Assembly: GCA_963514005.1 (NCBI GenBank)
Contig: OY740791.1
Span: forward strand, 52,390,001-52,454,000
Direction of reading: 5' to 3'
DNA: 64,000 nt
From: Raja brachyura
Taxonomy: Eukaryota
The position numbers were made by a program, and so were the translations under genes. The notes under the pieces are model-generated. The model did no database searches and was not told the DNA's origin. It was given only the letters and a program-made list of their open reading frames with translations. Within the stretch, counting starts at the first letter, position 1. The number at the start of each line of letters is the position of its first letter. This document shows positions 48,631 to 61,789 of the stretch, in pieces.

Positions 48631-48972
48631 CTTTTACTGTGATTAGTTTCATAGTTAAAAACTTATTTATGCCCAGAGTACAGGTGTAAACTCCTGCATC
48701 CTCGAACACCAAAGGGGAAATCCTCATCGTCAAATTATTGCCGTTAAATTCTGTCACTGAGGGCTCCAGTCGATTCGCAATGTGACTACTGGTGACAGTG
48801 ACGGGCTGAAACCTTACTGCCGTTGCTATTTCTTCGGTCAAACGTGGATGAAGATGTGATGTCCAGGACCAGGCAGCTTTGTTGTAATCTGTTGTAATAC
48901 TGTAACAAAGGAGGTTGAGTTCACTGCCATCTGTGCCTGTGCGATAAAGTGTGTAACTTTCTCTATATAAAG
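48631..48972 (-). CDS. CD4/LAG-3-like Ig receptor, coding exon 4 (D3, V-type Ig)
   Basis: 342 nt, acceptor tctcctgatgcag, donor G|GTAGGA. LNLLC..AAWSW..LTMRIS..EDAGVYTC. Confidence 0.9.
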
Positions 48973-51726
48973 CTGCATCAGGAGACAGAGAAGAAGACAT
49001 TTCACAGTTATTATTTAGGGGAAGGGCAGGTCAGGTCATGAGGACCTGATGTTGTTGTTGTTCCCCACAGCCATCAGGCTATTAAACACTACAACCTCCT
49101 AAATTATGAACTACAATAGACTATTATTATTATTATTATTGCACTGTTTTTGGTTTATTTTTGAGTTTTTACATTATTTATTATGATTACATATTCTGCT
49201 GTGCTGCAAATAAGAATTTCATTGTTCTATCTGGGACAAATGACAATAAAACACTTGACTCTTTACTTTTGATTTTGTGTGCCTCGACTCTTATCAGTCC
49301 AATCTGCAGCAACTGCAATCACTTCAAACAGCTGCAGGACTTGGTGATAAGGGTCACTGAGGGGAGAAGGGACGGATTGTTGTTCAGTGCTGATGTGAGC
49401 ACCGGGACCCCCAGTGTCTGTGTGAGCAGGAAGTGCTGATGACATGCTGACCCCTCTGTTTATGTAACACTTTGACATGGGTAACACTTTAATATTGATC
49501 TGAGGAGATGAAAGATTAGAGTAAGGAATCGTGTATATCCACAGTTTCAATTTCCTGTTAAAAGTCAATGCACAATTATATTTGAATGACCTGACAGAGT
49601 GGTCTGAATATTACCAGGACGGGAGGGTTTTAGTTGTACAGAGAGACAGGATAAGCTGAGCCTGTTCTCACTGGAGTAGGAGTTTGAGGGGTGTCCTCAC
49701 AGAGGTACTGTCAAGTCCAGTTTATTGTCATTAACTCTAGTACGGAGAGATATAGTTACAATGTCACCTTCTGAGGTAGCCTCCCACGAAGATATTTTCA
49801 CTGGTGGAGAGGGCTGTTCCTGTGATGGATTACACTGTCATGGGGGGCATAAATAAGGTGAATAGTCACATTATTTTTCTCAAGATAGCAGAGTCCAAAC
49901 CTAGATGCCTTAAGCTGCGAGGGGAAAGCATTAAAGGGGATCTGAACGACAGGTTTTTCCACTCAGAAAATGATGGGTATGTGGAATAAGATCACAGTGG
50001 AGGTATAGGGGTGAATAGGATTACCACATTAAAACATTTGTGTGATTATGGGTAGGAGAGGTTTGGAGGTATAAGCACCTTCTCCATGGGCTCTTATTTC
50101 CAGCATTGCTTTTACAATGGCTTTTAGTCACAGCCGAATGCACACTTTTTTTCAACCACATCTATTTTTGAATCAAATCATGTTACAGGGGCGGAGGGAA
50201 GAACAAGGTTGCGGAGCACAGAACCGCACTGGGTCGATGTCTCCATTGCTCCCACTTCTTCCCAGCCTCCCCCTCTGGATGTGAAATCAGTTTCAGGGTA
50301 ATTAGAAGGACAAGTTTCAGCTGTAGATTATTGGGTGAAGCAAACCTATTCTCAGGTTCCAGTTCAAGAGATTTAAAACAATCCAGAGTATATTTACCAT
50401 ATGCACCAGATATAATCCAGAACAATGATATAATTACTTGCTGCAGATTTACAGGCACGTTAGATGTAACAACAACAATAAATATATCATAAATTATCAG
50501 TTACTCTTAGTAAACAAGACCATGATAGTGCAAAGACTAAGGTATGTTGAGGAACCATTGTCATGCAGAGTCCACAGTAGTTAGCTGCTGTGGTTCGGTT
50601 ATGGTTGGGGTTGTGCGATGAGGTTCAAGAACCTGATGAGTGATGAGAAGAAAGTAAAAACATCTTTAGATATGTAAAAACATGATGGGTGATGAGAAGA
50701 AAGTAAAAGCTTCTTTACATATGTAAAAAGCAAAAGATTAGTGAAGGCAAATGTACGTCCCTTACAATCAGCCACAGGTGAATTTATAATGGGAAACAAG
50801 GAAATGGCAGATCAGTTAAATGAGTACCTTGGTTCTGTCTTCACAAAGGAAGACACAAACATTCCCCCAGAAATACTTGGGGACCGGGAATCTAGTGGGA
50901 GGGAGGAACTGAGGGAATCCACATTAGTTCTGAAATCGTGTTTGGTAAACTGTTGGGACTGAAGGCAGATAAATCCCCAGGGCCTGATGGTCTGCATCCC
51001 AGAGTACTCAAGGATGTGGCCCTGGAAATCATCAATGTATTGTTGATCATTTTTCAATGTTCTCTCCACTCTGGATCTGTCCCTGTGGACTGGAGTGTAG
51101 CCAAAGTAACTCCACTTTTTAAGAAAGGAGCGAGAGAGAAACCTGGGAATTCTAGACCAGTTACATCGGTAGTGGGGAAGATGCTAGAGTCAATTATTAA
51201 AGATATTATAACAGCGCATTTGGAAAGCAGTGACAGGGTCGGTCAAAGTTAGCATGGATTTATGAAGGGGAAATCATGCTTGACTAATCTTCTGGAATTT
51301 TTTGAGGATCTAACAAGTTGAATGGATAAGGGAGAGCCTGTGGACGTGATGTATCTGGACTTTCAGAAAAGCCTTTGACAATGTCCCACACAAGACATTA
51401 GTATGCAAACTTAGAGTACATGGTATTGGGGGTAGGGTATTGATATGGATAGAAAACTGGTTGGCAGACAGGAAGCAAATAGTAGGAATTAACGGGTCCT
51501 TTTTCAGAATGGCAGGCAGTGACTAGTGGGGGTGCCACAAGGCTCGGTGCTAGGACCCCAGTTATTTACAATATATATTAACGATTTAGACAAGGGAATT
51601 AAATGTAACATATCCAGGTTTGCAGATGACACAAAGCTGCGTGGCATTGTGAGCTGCAAGGATGCTATGAGGCTGCAGGGTGACTTTGATAGGTTGGGTG
51701 AGTGGGCAGATTGGCAGATGCAGTAT

Positions 51727-54700
51727 AATAGTAAGATTAAACAAGAACTTAACAGTTTGAAGTTTGATCGTTATTTTATGAGGAGTTACGATGAGGGATT
51801 ACGTGAAGAAGGCCGTCCCCACACATGCGCGTCAATCTTCAAAGTAGCGGTGTGAAATCACAGATAACAGTTGTTGAACTAACATAGTAAGATTATAGAT
51901 GACTAGAACTACCAGATGATCGTTAAGTTACGAGGGTAGGGAGCGGAGGGCACGTAATCCCTCATCGTAACTCCTCATAAAATAACGATCAAACTTCAAA
52001 CTGGTAAGTTCTCGTTTAATCTTACTATTTTACTTCGGAGTCATGTGAGTGACTACGTGAAGACTTTGAAGGTCTGTGATTTCATGCCGTGGAAAAACGA
52101 GTCCACACAATCACGACTGCATCAGTTGACCATAAATGTGGGAAACATCATAATGCATACATACATGACATAGGTTTAAAAAACATGCTGATGCTCATAA
52201 AGAACAAACAATAATAACAGTAACACCTCTCAACCGAGGGGAACTATAAATTGAACCTAAATATATTTGGCACACATCCCTGGTCTGGCAATGGGTTAAA
52301 ATAAATGTTGGATACCTCGTTTGTTAGACCATCCTGCAGTAGACAGTATGCTACTTGCTGCTTGTGTTGTAGCAGCGCTGGTGGAGTGAGAATAGAAATC
52401 AGTATCTACTCCTGTATAAGCCAATCCTCGCACCAGGGAATAACCTACCTATGAGAGCTGAACCAAAGATAGAGGTATAGCTGGAGCCCCAGAGTGAATA
52501 AATGTTAACACGATGTCAATATCCAATACTTCCATGTACTTGGGTCTGGAAGAACTTGTGTTAATGATATCCTAAATACTGGACACCAGATGGTGAAACC
52601 CAAGAGAGCGGGTCCCACTTGATGCAGCAACTATAGGGAGAAGCACGTTGGGTACAGTTAATGAGACTATAACTTAATTTATTGTCAACAACCCATAGAA
52701 AAGAACTCTAAGACGTCAGTGTCCGTGCCGTACTATATGTAACATAACATTTAACAGAAAAACACTTTCCATCTTCTGAAGAGGCAAAGTACTGCTTTTT
52801 TGGTTGCTATCCCTGCATACTGCAGTGAGACGTACATGGATCAGTCTGACAGCCTGCTCCGCAGGAGTGGTCTTCTCAGATTCTGTAAAGCAATTAATTG
52901 ATTAATCATGTAGAGGCTGGTTCCCCGAATCCCAGGCTGAACCAGCAAAGTTTTATGTTTAGAACCCCATAGAAGGTTCTATATTATTCCCAACATTTGC
53001 GGGAAACCATGGCTGTGTAGGCCAGTCAGACAGTCCGAGAAACCTGAATGCAGGATCTTGCTGAATATTGTAAGCCCCGACTGATGAGACAAAATGGAGA
53101 ACCACATAAAGGAACATTCCTCCCCTGTGTAGCGAGAATGAGACTGCATGCAAACATAACAATAGTGGGTGCCACAGAGCCATAGTTCCTAAAATGCTTC
53201 GTGATCCACCATCCATACTGTGTTATCATTGACTTTGCATGATGATACACCAACGCCAAAAAAGGTTGGGTAAATTATGACAGGATACTTTGACTTTATT
53301 GCATTCATGTGACTAACATATGCCACCACCACAGTGTATCAACTTGGAACTAAGCATGCAGGATTTGCATATTCGCACAATAACCCTTTAACCCATAGTA
53401 TACACCTCGTGTCTATAGGTAGTTAATACCAATAACTGAAGAATTGGTGATTCAGGCAAATTCCATCCGCCTTCGTTACTAGAGATGGCATTCGTGATTG
53501 TCCATCTTAGTTCTAGCATGTGTAAGTAATATAACTGAAGATAATATGACCAAACTACTGGAGCAATACAGAATGTAGTTTGACCATCATAGTGACCATA
53601 GTAGCTTCACCTGATAATAGCATAGGTTTGTTAACAATGACCTTTATGGCACTTGAGAGGTTAATACTTGCACGTTGAAAGTTCTAATGGTGCAAGACCC
53701 AATTGCACAGCTGCTGTAGCCAATTACCCTTAATAACTAGAAGCCAAGGTTGTTACAGGCTTCAATTAATTCCAATCTGTTGCCCCAGGGCGGAATCACA
53801 GGTAATTAATAGTTAAAGGTAAACCCGATAAACCACAACTACCAGTTGGTATCAACTTAAATTAGACTGGATGCCTAAGCAAAACACAGCATAAGAAATA
53901 TCCTCCAGACCAAATTGAAATGTCTCTGGTGACCTCCTGTGAATGGGTCCTAAACAGTATGCATCTATGAAACCGATGCATGCCATAAAAATCCTAAGTA
54001 AATAAGTAATTAGACAGTAGAGAAATTCCATATACTGAAAGCTATGTTGCACATGGGAGTAAATGAAATATGAACCGGCATCTCTCCATCTTTCACAAGG
54101 AACAAGCCACACCATAATTCCGTGCCTGCCTAGAATGCAGCTCTGGCCATACTACTGGCCTGCCTTAAAGCTGCTCCGTCATTCTGAGTCTGCCTCGAGG
54201 GAGAACTCTGGCCATATTACAGACTCTGGCCCCAATTTCAAGGCATGCTTTGTACCCTAGTATACTGTGTAATAATTACCCATCACATGTCAACATTTTC
54301 ATTTGTACCAAACAAGTATAAATATTACGAACTTGTAAATGGTGCACTTACCCCATGTTTCGAACGACCCAGACCCACCTACCTCCATGGCTACCGGTGG
54401 TCTAATGTTAAGCCCAAAGGACCGTGATGTGGGTTCCATTCCCATCCTTGATTTCCTTCCTGAGACCAGCTTGGCCCAGCTTTCAAGCGCCCATCAACTT
54501 CAGCGAACTGCTACTGCTGTTGATGGTTTCATTTGATCGCTCTGTGCACTGCCTGCACTTGTAGCATCAGGGAATCTGGCCCCTGCTGGGTTTTTTGCCT
54601 CTTCCCTTGTGAGTATGTCCTCGCACTCCCCTCCACTGAGAGGGGGAATCGTAGACAGCCCTGACAGGTGCTGCCGCAGGCCCCTGAGGATACCTGCGCT

Positions 54701-56016
54701 GACATGGCCCCTCGGCCCTATATCAGACAATATCAGAGTATGAGTCTGGGCCAGAGCGAAACTAACCCCTGGTGCTCCCCTCCTCAGAGAGGGAGACATT
54801 GTGCAGCCCTAACAGGTGCCGCTGCCTGCAGGTTATTCATAATACCCGGGCTCAGATAGCTCTCTACTGGAGCATATCTCTCTGGAGCAACCTCATTAGG
54901 TGCCTATTCCAGGTGGGTTTTTGACGTTTACAGAGGCTACCCATAGAAGGAGGGAGGAGGGGGGGGGGGGGGGCTCCTGGCCTGACTCGACCGAGTCCAA
55001 GGCCTGACCGGCTTCCTCGTGGTTTAACCCCTTTCCCTGGGGAACCATAGCGGTCTGTGAGTTGCTGACCCCATAGGTAATTATTTGGTCTTGAGTCCAG
55101 CTTACTGCCAGCTTTCCCCTTATTTAGAAAGACCTAAACGGTCTGGGAGCTGCTGACCCCCATTGTCAGCGACTGCAGTAGCATGACCAGCTTACTGCCA
55201 GTCTGACCGCTTTCTCTAGGAGGTCCTAAGCGATCTGGGGGTTGTTGACCCCAATGTCTGAGACTGGGGTAGTTAGACCTGCTTGCTGCCAGTCTAACCC
55301 CTATTTCTGGGGACCATAATGGTGTAGAAGCTACAGACCCCATAGTGAATGGCTGGGGTTGCAAGACCGACTTGGTGCCATTCTAACCCCTACTGCTAAC
55401 CCCCTTAACAGTGACTGGGGTAGTAAGACCGGCTGACTGCCAGTCTAACCCCTTCTCTGGGGAACCATTGTGATGTGGGAGCTGCAGACCCCATAATGAA
55501 TGGCTGGGGTTGCAAGACCGGCTGACTGCCAGTCCAACCCCAACTCTAGGGGACCCATGCGATGTGGGAGCACTAACCCCATTTAACAGTGCTGGGGTAG
55601 GAAGACCGGCAAACTGCCAGTCTAACCCCGTTCTCTGGGGGACCATAGCGGTCTGGGACCCATACTGGGAGAAACCCACTCGCATTTCCCTTCCGGGTGT
55701 CGCTGACCTCCTTGCCAGCAACTTGGGAGCGAACCCGACGGCCGCCGGCTATGTGCGATACCGCGGTCCGGACCGGGATTTACCGGTCCATAACCGGTTT
55801 CCCGCGGCCCGTCCAACTTCGCCCCGAATTCAGCAGGCAATCCTGCAAAACAAAACACATCCCTAGAAATAAGTGAAAACTTACCTACCAGGTTTAAAAC
55901 TTACCGCTAGCAGGAGCCGCACACCCACCAGTCAGTCCGTGGGCAACGCATCAGATGTAATGATGTGCGTGGGGGCAGCCTTCTTCACGGAGTCACTCAC
56001 GTGACTCCGAAGAAAA
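51727..56016 (-). mobile_element. DIRS-type retrotransposon, copy D (divergent subfamily), termini intact, ORFs decayed
   Basis: Terminal arm 51727-51805 is complementary to the ICR at 51951-52062. ITR gaagaagg..ccccacaca is inverted at about 55965-55989. Methyltransferase remnant FCLISRG..DWPTQPWFP (52959..53259). Confidence 0.9.
55030..55665. repeat. Tandem repeat, about 90-95 bp unit x about 6, in the 5' region of DIRS copy D
   Basis: Repeated actgccagtctaacccc..ggggaccat..gggagctgc.gacccca..gactggggt. Confidence 0.8.
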
Positions 56017-57028
56017 ATATCAATAAATGTGAAGTTATCTACTTTGCTGTCAAGGACAGGATGGCAGATTATTATCTAAATGCTGTCTGATTAGGAAAAG
56101 GGGAGGTCCAACGAAACCTGGCCGTGCTTGTACATCAGTCACTGGAAGTAAGCTTGCAGGTACAGCAGGCAGTGAAGAAGCATAATGGCATGCTGGCCTT
56201 CATTGTGAGAGGATTTTAGTTTAGGAGCAAGGAGGTCCTACTGCAGTTGTACAGGGCCCTGGTGAGGCCGAACCTGGAGTATTGTGTGCAATTTTGGTCT
56301 CCTAATTTGAAGAAGGACATTATTGCTATTGAGGGAATGCAACGTAGGTTCACGAGGTTAATTCCTGGGATGGCGGGACAGACATATGATGAAAGAATGG
56401 GTCGACTGGGCTTGTATTCACTGGAATTTAGAAGGATGAGAGGAGATCTTATAGAAACATATAACATTCTTAAGGGATTGGACAGGCTATCAATGTGGTG
56501 GTCCCAGTACAGATGAGAGTTGTGCACGACCAGGATCTTGAAGAGGCCGACTGTCTCCATGTAGAACCATTGAAAATAGGTGCATAGTCCCTTGGCTTTC
56601 CATTCCTGTCAGAGCTTTGATTAGGTGTCTAATGCAGATATTCAACCAGGGATGCGCATAATTAATACACCAATCATGTGTGTTAATGGCAATTGACTGA
56701 TAACTCTAAATACATAGATAACAGTAGATTTACTTTTAAAGAGACAGGTGAAAGACATTGAACTTTGCAATGAAGGAGTTGAGAATCACACCAAAGCTAA
56801 AACATTAATGTTATTCCATGGAATCTAGCACCAGATCAATCCATTGGATGCACGCAGTGACTCTTGACCAAGGGGAAGGTGAGTTTTGTATTTGGACTAA
56901 ATGTATGTATTATTTTCATGTGAATGGGCATGATTAATATATTTTATTCAAATTTTTTTTGCTTATCATGTTAGTTAATTGTGATTAAGTGGCAAACTTA
57001 ATATCTAAGGTAAGATAGCAGCACTTAC

Positions 57029-57298
57029 AGTTGCTTACAGCAAATTCTGCGTTCCCTTTGCCAACAACCTTTGCATTTTGCTGCACTTCACATTCATACA
57101 TCATCCCATCCTCCACTGCAACATGTCGGATCATCAGATAGACCGTGTTATTCAGGCGGATCTGATCAGTGTTGCTCGTGTTCTGCTGGGATGAGTCCAA
57201 TGGTCTCCAGTGAAGACTGACTGTATCTGAGAGTCTGGAGATGGTGCAGCTGAGTGTGACGTCACTGCCCATCACAGGCTTGCGTGGACTTGCCTCGA
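57029..57298 (-). CDS. CD4/LAG-3-like Ig receptor, coding exon 3 (D2, C2-type Ig)
   Basis: 270 nt, acceptor tatttttcacag, donor T|GTAAGT. DVTLSC..SLHW..YLMIR..EDGMMYEC. Confidence 0.9.
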
Positions 57299-57569
57299 CT
57301 GTGAAAAATAATGAGACTCAGAGTGAGTAGTGGCTTGTACAGTACAATGATTGAGTTTAATCTGACCTAAAGGTGTGCCCATTAGCAGCATTTCTATTTT
57401 TAGAGTCAGTCTAGATATAGTTGGATCTTAGACATAAAATAATACAGAGAGTGCACCGACTCACAGTCTAGCTACGCTAAATCAGTGATGCAGAGCTGAG
57501 GTAATGATTGGATGCCATGGTTCAGATCAGAGTTCCATGGTTTGGACACCATTTGCCAATGCCAACAAT

Positions 57570-57760
57570 GGGGTGGCTGAGTGATGCAGCTGGTAGTATG
57601 ACAGCTCCAGTCACATGGGTTCCATCCCAACCTCCAGTGCTTCGTGGGATACTTGCACTATCTCCCCATGGGCACAAGGGTTTACTCAAAGTCCTCCTAT
57701 TTCATATCCTAAAAAAGTATGACCACTATAGATTTTCCATGGCGTGCAGGTGAGCAAATT
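57570..57760 (+). mobile_element. Degenerate V-SINE
   Basis: tRNA-like head (gggttccatccc) followed by a V-domain-like segment. Confidence 0.45.
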
Positions 57761-57824
57761 AGTTTGAGCGAGTTGTGGAGAATAAAAAGGAATTAGTATT
57801 GTGAAATTAGTAAAATCAGTGTTC

Positions 57825-58205
57825 GACCCTTCGAGCTAGCAACACCATTCAATGTGATCATGGCTGATCATCCACAATCAGTATCCCGTTCCTTCCATCT
57901 CCCCATATCCTCTGAATTCGCTATCTTTAAGTGCCATATCTAGATCTCTCTTGAAAGTATCCAGAGAACTGGCCTCCACCGCCCTCTGAGGTAGAGAATT
58001 CCACAGACTTACAACTCTCTGTGTGAAAGAATGGTTCCTCATCTCCGTCCTAAATGCCTTACCCCTTATTCTTAAACTGTGGCCCCTGGTTCTGGACTCC
58101 CTCAACATCGGGAACATGTTTCCTGCCTCTAGCTTGTCCAAACCCTTAATAATCTTATACCTTTCAATAAGATCCCTCTCATCCTTCTAATTTCCAGAGT
58201 ATAGA
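57825..58205 (-). mobile_element. CR1 LINE 3' fragment
   Basis: ESRTRGHSLRIRGK.FRTEMR..FTQRVVSLWNSLPQ. Confidence 0.9.
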
Positions 58206-58214
58206 AAGTGTGCA

Positions 58215-59680
58215 CTTTAGAAAAATCAAGAGGGGGAAAAAGAGGCATGAAATAGATCTGATGTATGATGCCAATGGAGATGAACTATAATATTTAAGAA
58301 TATTTCTCATGAGTTTGCTCGGAGATGCACGTAGAAGGTAAAGAAATGTGGGGAATGAGTTGTGATCTTGGAATATAAATGAATTACCAGAGAGGATGTA
58401 TTTGTAGTCTTAAAGTGCATTAATTTGGATAAAACCCCATCACCTGACTAAATGCAATCTCAGACATTACGGGGAAGAAATTGCAGAGATTTGCATCACC
58501 TTTAGGCACAAATGAAGTTCCCAAACACTAGAGTGAGAGTGACTGAAGTTATGTTGTGCTGTTATATAAGAGGGACATCAAGGACAAAACGGGGACCTAA
58601 AGCTTGACATCAGCAGTGGGTTAACTACTGAAGGGGATTCTGAGGGACAGGATCTAATTGCATTTGGATAGACGGACTGATTAGGGATAGTCAGCATGGC
58701 TTTGTTTGTGGCAAATCATGTCTCAAAAATCTGAACGTTTTTTTCAAATGGTAACAAAGTGGATTCATGAGGCAGAGTAGTGGAAGTAGATGAGGTGGCC
58801 ATTTGCAAGGCCTTTGATATGTTGCACATGGTTGACTAGCATGAAAGGTTAGATCACATAGAATTCAGGAAGAGCCAGCTAAATCAGTACTGTAACACAG
58901 GCCCTTCCCTCTACTGAGAGGGAGTGAGGGAGATAAGCCTGAGACCGCCAGCGCCTTCCCTCGAGGCAAAGGTGAACTATGGCGAGAAGCCTGAGATCGC
59001 TATGCATCCTCCTTCAAATCCGGGACTGTACTGAGGGATAAGTCTGAGATTGGCAGCGCCACACGATGTGTGTACTGATAACGAGTGACAGTGCCCCAAT
59101 GTGGTCCTGGACTTCTTGTGAATAAAAATATCACATGAGTTCACCCTCCTGCAAATGTCACTGTGGTCACTGCCAACCTAGCATAATCGGCAATGCCACT
59201 ACACATAATTGGTTTGATGTAGGAAACGGAGGGTGATGGTGGAAGGTCGCTTTTCAGAGTGGAGACCAGTGTCTCGTGATGTGCCTCAGGAATTAATGCT
59301 GGGACCAATGTTGTTTGTAATTTTTTTAAATAATTGGCATGAGAATGTAAAAGGCATGGTCAGTAATTTTACAAATGGCATTAATAGAAGAGTTTTCACA
59401 GACAGTGAAGAAAGTTGTCAAAAATTACAATTGGATTTTGACCGACTTGGTATGTGGGCTGAGGAATTGCAAATGGCATCTAAATCTGACAAGTGCAAGG
59501 AGATGGGATCTTATTTTGCATTGTACAAGGCGTTGTAGTATTGTGTAAAGTTTTGGTTCTCTGTTTTCGTAAAGATGTCATTAAGTTGGAATGAATGGAA
59601 TAAAATAATGAGAATATTGCAGGTTATGGGATACAGAGAGAAATTGAACATGTTAAGTCTTTATTCCTTGGAAGGTTGGA
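58215..59680 (+). mobile_element. Old CR1 LINE, degenerate, interrupted by a solo-LTR-like insert
   Basis: SQHGFVCGKSCL and DVPQELMLGP remnants. Confidence 0.7.
58891..59203 (+). mobile_element. Solo LTR candidate (about 310 bp)
   Basis: TGTAA...TACA ends, internal AATAAA and internal gcctgaga repeats; interrupts a CR1 frame. TSD is ambiguous. Confidence 0.5.
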
Positions 59681-59899
59681 GGCTGGGGGGGGGGGTGATG
59701 TTTTTGACCACAGAACATAAAATAGTACAGCACAGGATTAGATGCTGCAGCCCAAATGTCGTCCTCTTCTTGCGTATGGTGTGCACAGCCTAAAGTTGTA
59801 GGACAACTTGTTCTGTTTGATCTTATTTGATTGGCTCTAATATCTGTGCAGCACAATAAACTAATCATGGAGCTCATGATGCTCTGTATGTTAATACTG

Positions 59900-61130
59900 T
59901 CATTAACTATATATTTTCCCCTTGCATTTAACCCCCCCCCCCAAAGTGCAACACCTCACACATGTACAGATTAAACTCCATCTGCCATTTATCTGCCCAT
60001 ATCTGTGTCTGACCTCTAACTGCTGCATCATTAGCCAGACTTCGTCACTGCCTGCCACTCCAATTTTTGTGACTCCAAATTTTTGCATCAATAATCCATT
60101 TACATTTCCATCTAGGCCAATTATATATTACAAACAATAGAGGTTACAACACTTTTCCTTGCGGAACACCATTGGTCAAAGACTTCGACCCAGCATGACA
60201 CCTTTCCACCACTACCCTCTGTCTTTATGGGATGCTAGATCTGAATCGAAGCTGCTAAGTCACCATTGATCCCAGATATCTTAACCCTCTGGATCAGTCT
60301 ACCATGAGGGACCTTGTCATTTTCCTAATGTCAACAACATCCCTTCAATTATCTACAGCAACTCACAAAAATGTTAATCAAATTTGTAAAATTTGACATG
60401 CCCCACAGGGACCCTCAGCATGGTTTCGTAATTTGTCCATTCCCTTCCAAATACAAGTAAGTTTTATCTCTGAATCCCATCTTATAGCTTCCCTACCACT
60501 GATGTGAAGCTCACTGGCCTACATTTTCCCGATTAATTTTTATAACATTGGCCTATCCGTGTTCTCCACAGGTGCATAACCTGCTGAGTTACTCCAGCAC
60601 TTTGTGTATTTTTCTATGTAAACCAGCATCTGGTGTTCCCTGGTTCTTAGAAAATCACTGGCTGCTATCCATTCCTCTGGGACCTCGCTTGTGAATAGAA
60701 AAGATACAGGGATCATTGTCTAGGACTGGCAGTCTTCTCTCTTGCCTCGCTCATTAATTTGGGTCAGATCCTATCAAGTCCTGGCGATTTATCCTTTTTG
60801 CTTTTGCTCTTTTGCTAAGGATCTATCCATAATGCTTTTCAAGAGCACCATAACTAACTGTTCTTGCATATTAGTATTCTCCATCCTGATCTCAATGTCT
60901 TCCATGTCCTCCTCTTTCATACATACTGTTGTAAAGTATTTATTTAGTACCGTACCTACATCCACTGGCTCTCGGCAAGAATTCCTTCCTTTTTCGTTGA
61001 ATAGTCCTGCATCTTCCTAGTGGGTTTTTTTAAATGTATGTATAAAAGGTTTCAGATTCTCTTTAATACAACTTGCCAATGACATTTCAGGACCCCTCCT
61101 GACTCCTTGCATCATTCTTTACGGTTTTCC
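59900..61130 (-). mobile_element. Old CR1 LINE, degenerate
   Basis: Reverse-strand remnants of the KF.DDTKIG and WQM.FN motifs. Confidence 0.55.
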
Positions 61131-61447
61131 TCCACCTTACTGGACCATGCTGGTATTGAACTCTGATCAACTGGTCTTTGAATGACTCCCAAATGTGGAC
61201 TTATCCAATGACAGCTCCAGTTTAAACTCCATTTTAACTATCTAAACTAAATTCCAGTTTAAACCTCCAGTTTAAATTCCATTTGGAATATTTTGGAGGA
61301 CCAAGAAACCAAGAGCTGTTTCCTATGCTGAATATGATGCACCATCTCAATTCAGTGCTTTACCCCAAGGTCCATACTCAATGGATCAATTAACTTTTCT
61401 GTGCTAGGCATTGAATTGTTCATGGAGAACTCTTATTCAATACTCAC

Positions 61448-61789
61448 TTTTAATGCCAAATATTTCGTACCGTTTCAGGATTTTATAACTCGGCGACGTT
61501 TGTGCCAAGATGAGGGATCCAGCAAATTTAAATGTGGGATAGCTTATCCTCAGATGTACAGTACCATAATCGCATTTCATGTCATGGAACAAGTCAAAGT
61601 TTCTGAGGTTAGGGTTCAAATATTGCATCCACTGGCCATAATTATCTCTCCGTAATTCTATCAGCTGTTGCACTCCTTGCCCGGAATGTAATGTCCAGCA
61701 CCAGGCAGCAGGGCCATTTCCAGGATTGATTGGTTCATGGAACACAATGCCATCTCTTTTATTGAAAATATATATGTCATTGGGGTTAT
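61448..61789 (-). CDS. CD4/LAG-3-like Ig receptor, coding exon 2 (D1, atypical V-like Ig)
   Basis: 342 nt, acceptor cttcttaaacag, donor A|GTGAGT, open frame. AAWCWTLH and HLRISYPTFKFAG align with D3 AAWSWTSH and TMRISPLVFEDAG. Confidence 0.85.

Larger units (their letters stand above)
50640..56490 (+). mobile_element. CR1 (HER1-like) LINE split by DIRS copy D (pieces 50640-51726 and 56017-56490)
   Basis: KSPGPDGLHPRVLK, GVPQGSVLGP, FADDTKL..WQMQYN, resuming after the insertion as KCEVI..YRALVRPNLEYCVQFWSP. Confidence 0.92.

Noticed and set aside
51850-51950. Hammerhead ribozyme in the DIRS loop (ccagatga and gaaa motifs)
   Set aside because: The core reads CAGAUGA rather than CUGANGA, and I could not build stems I-III around it.
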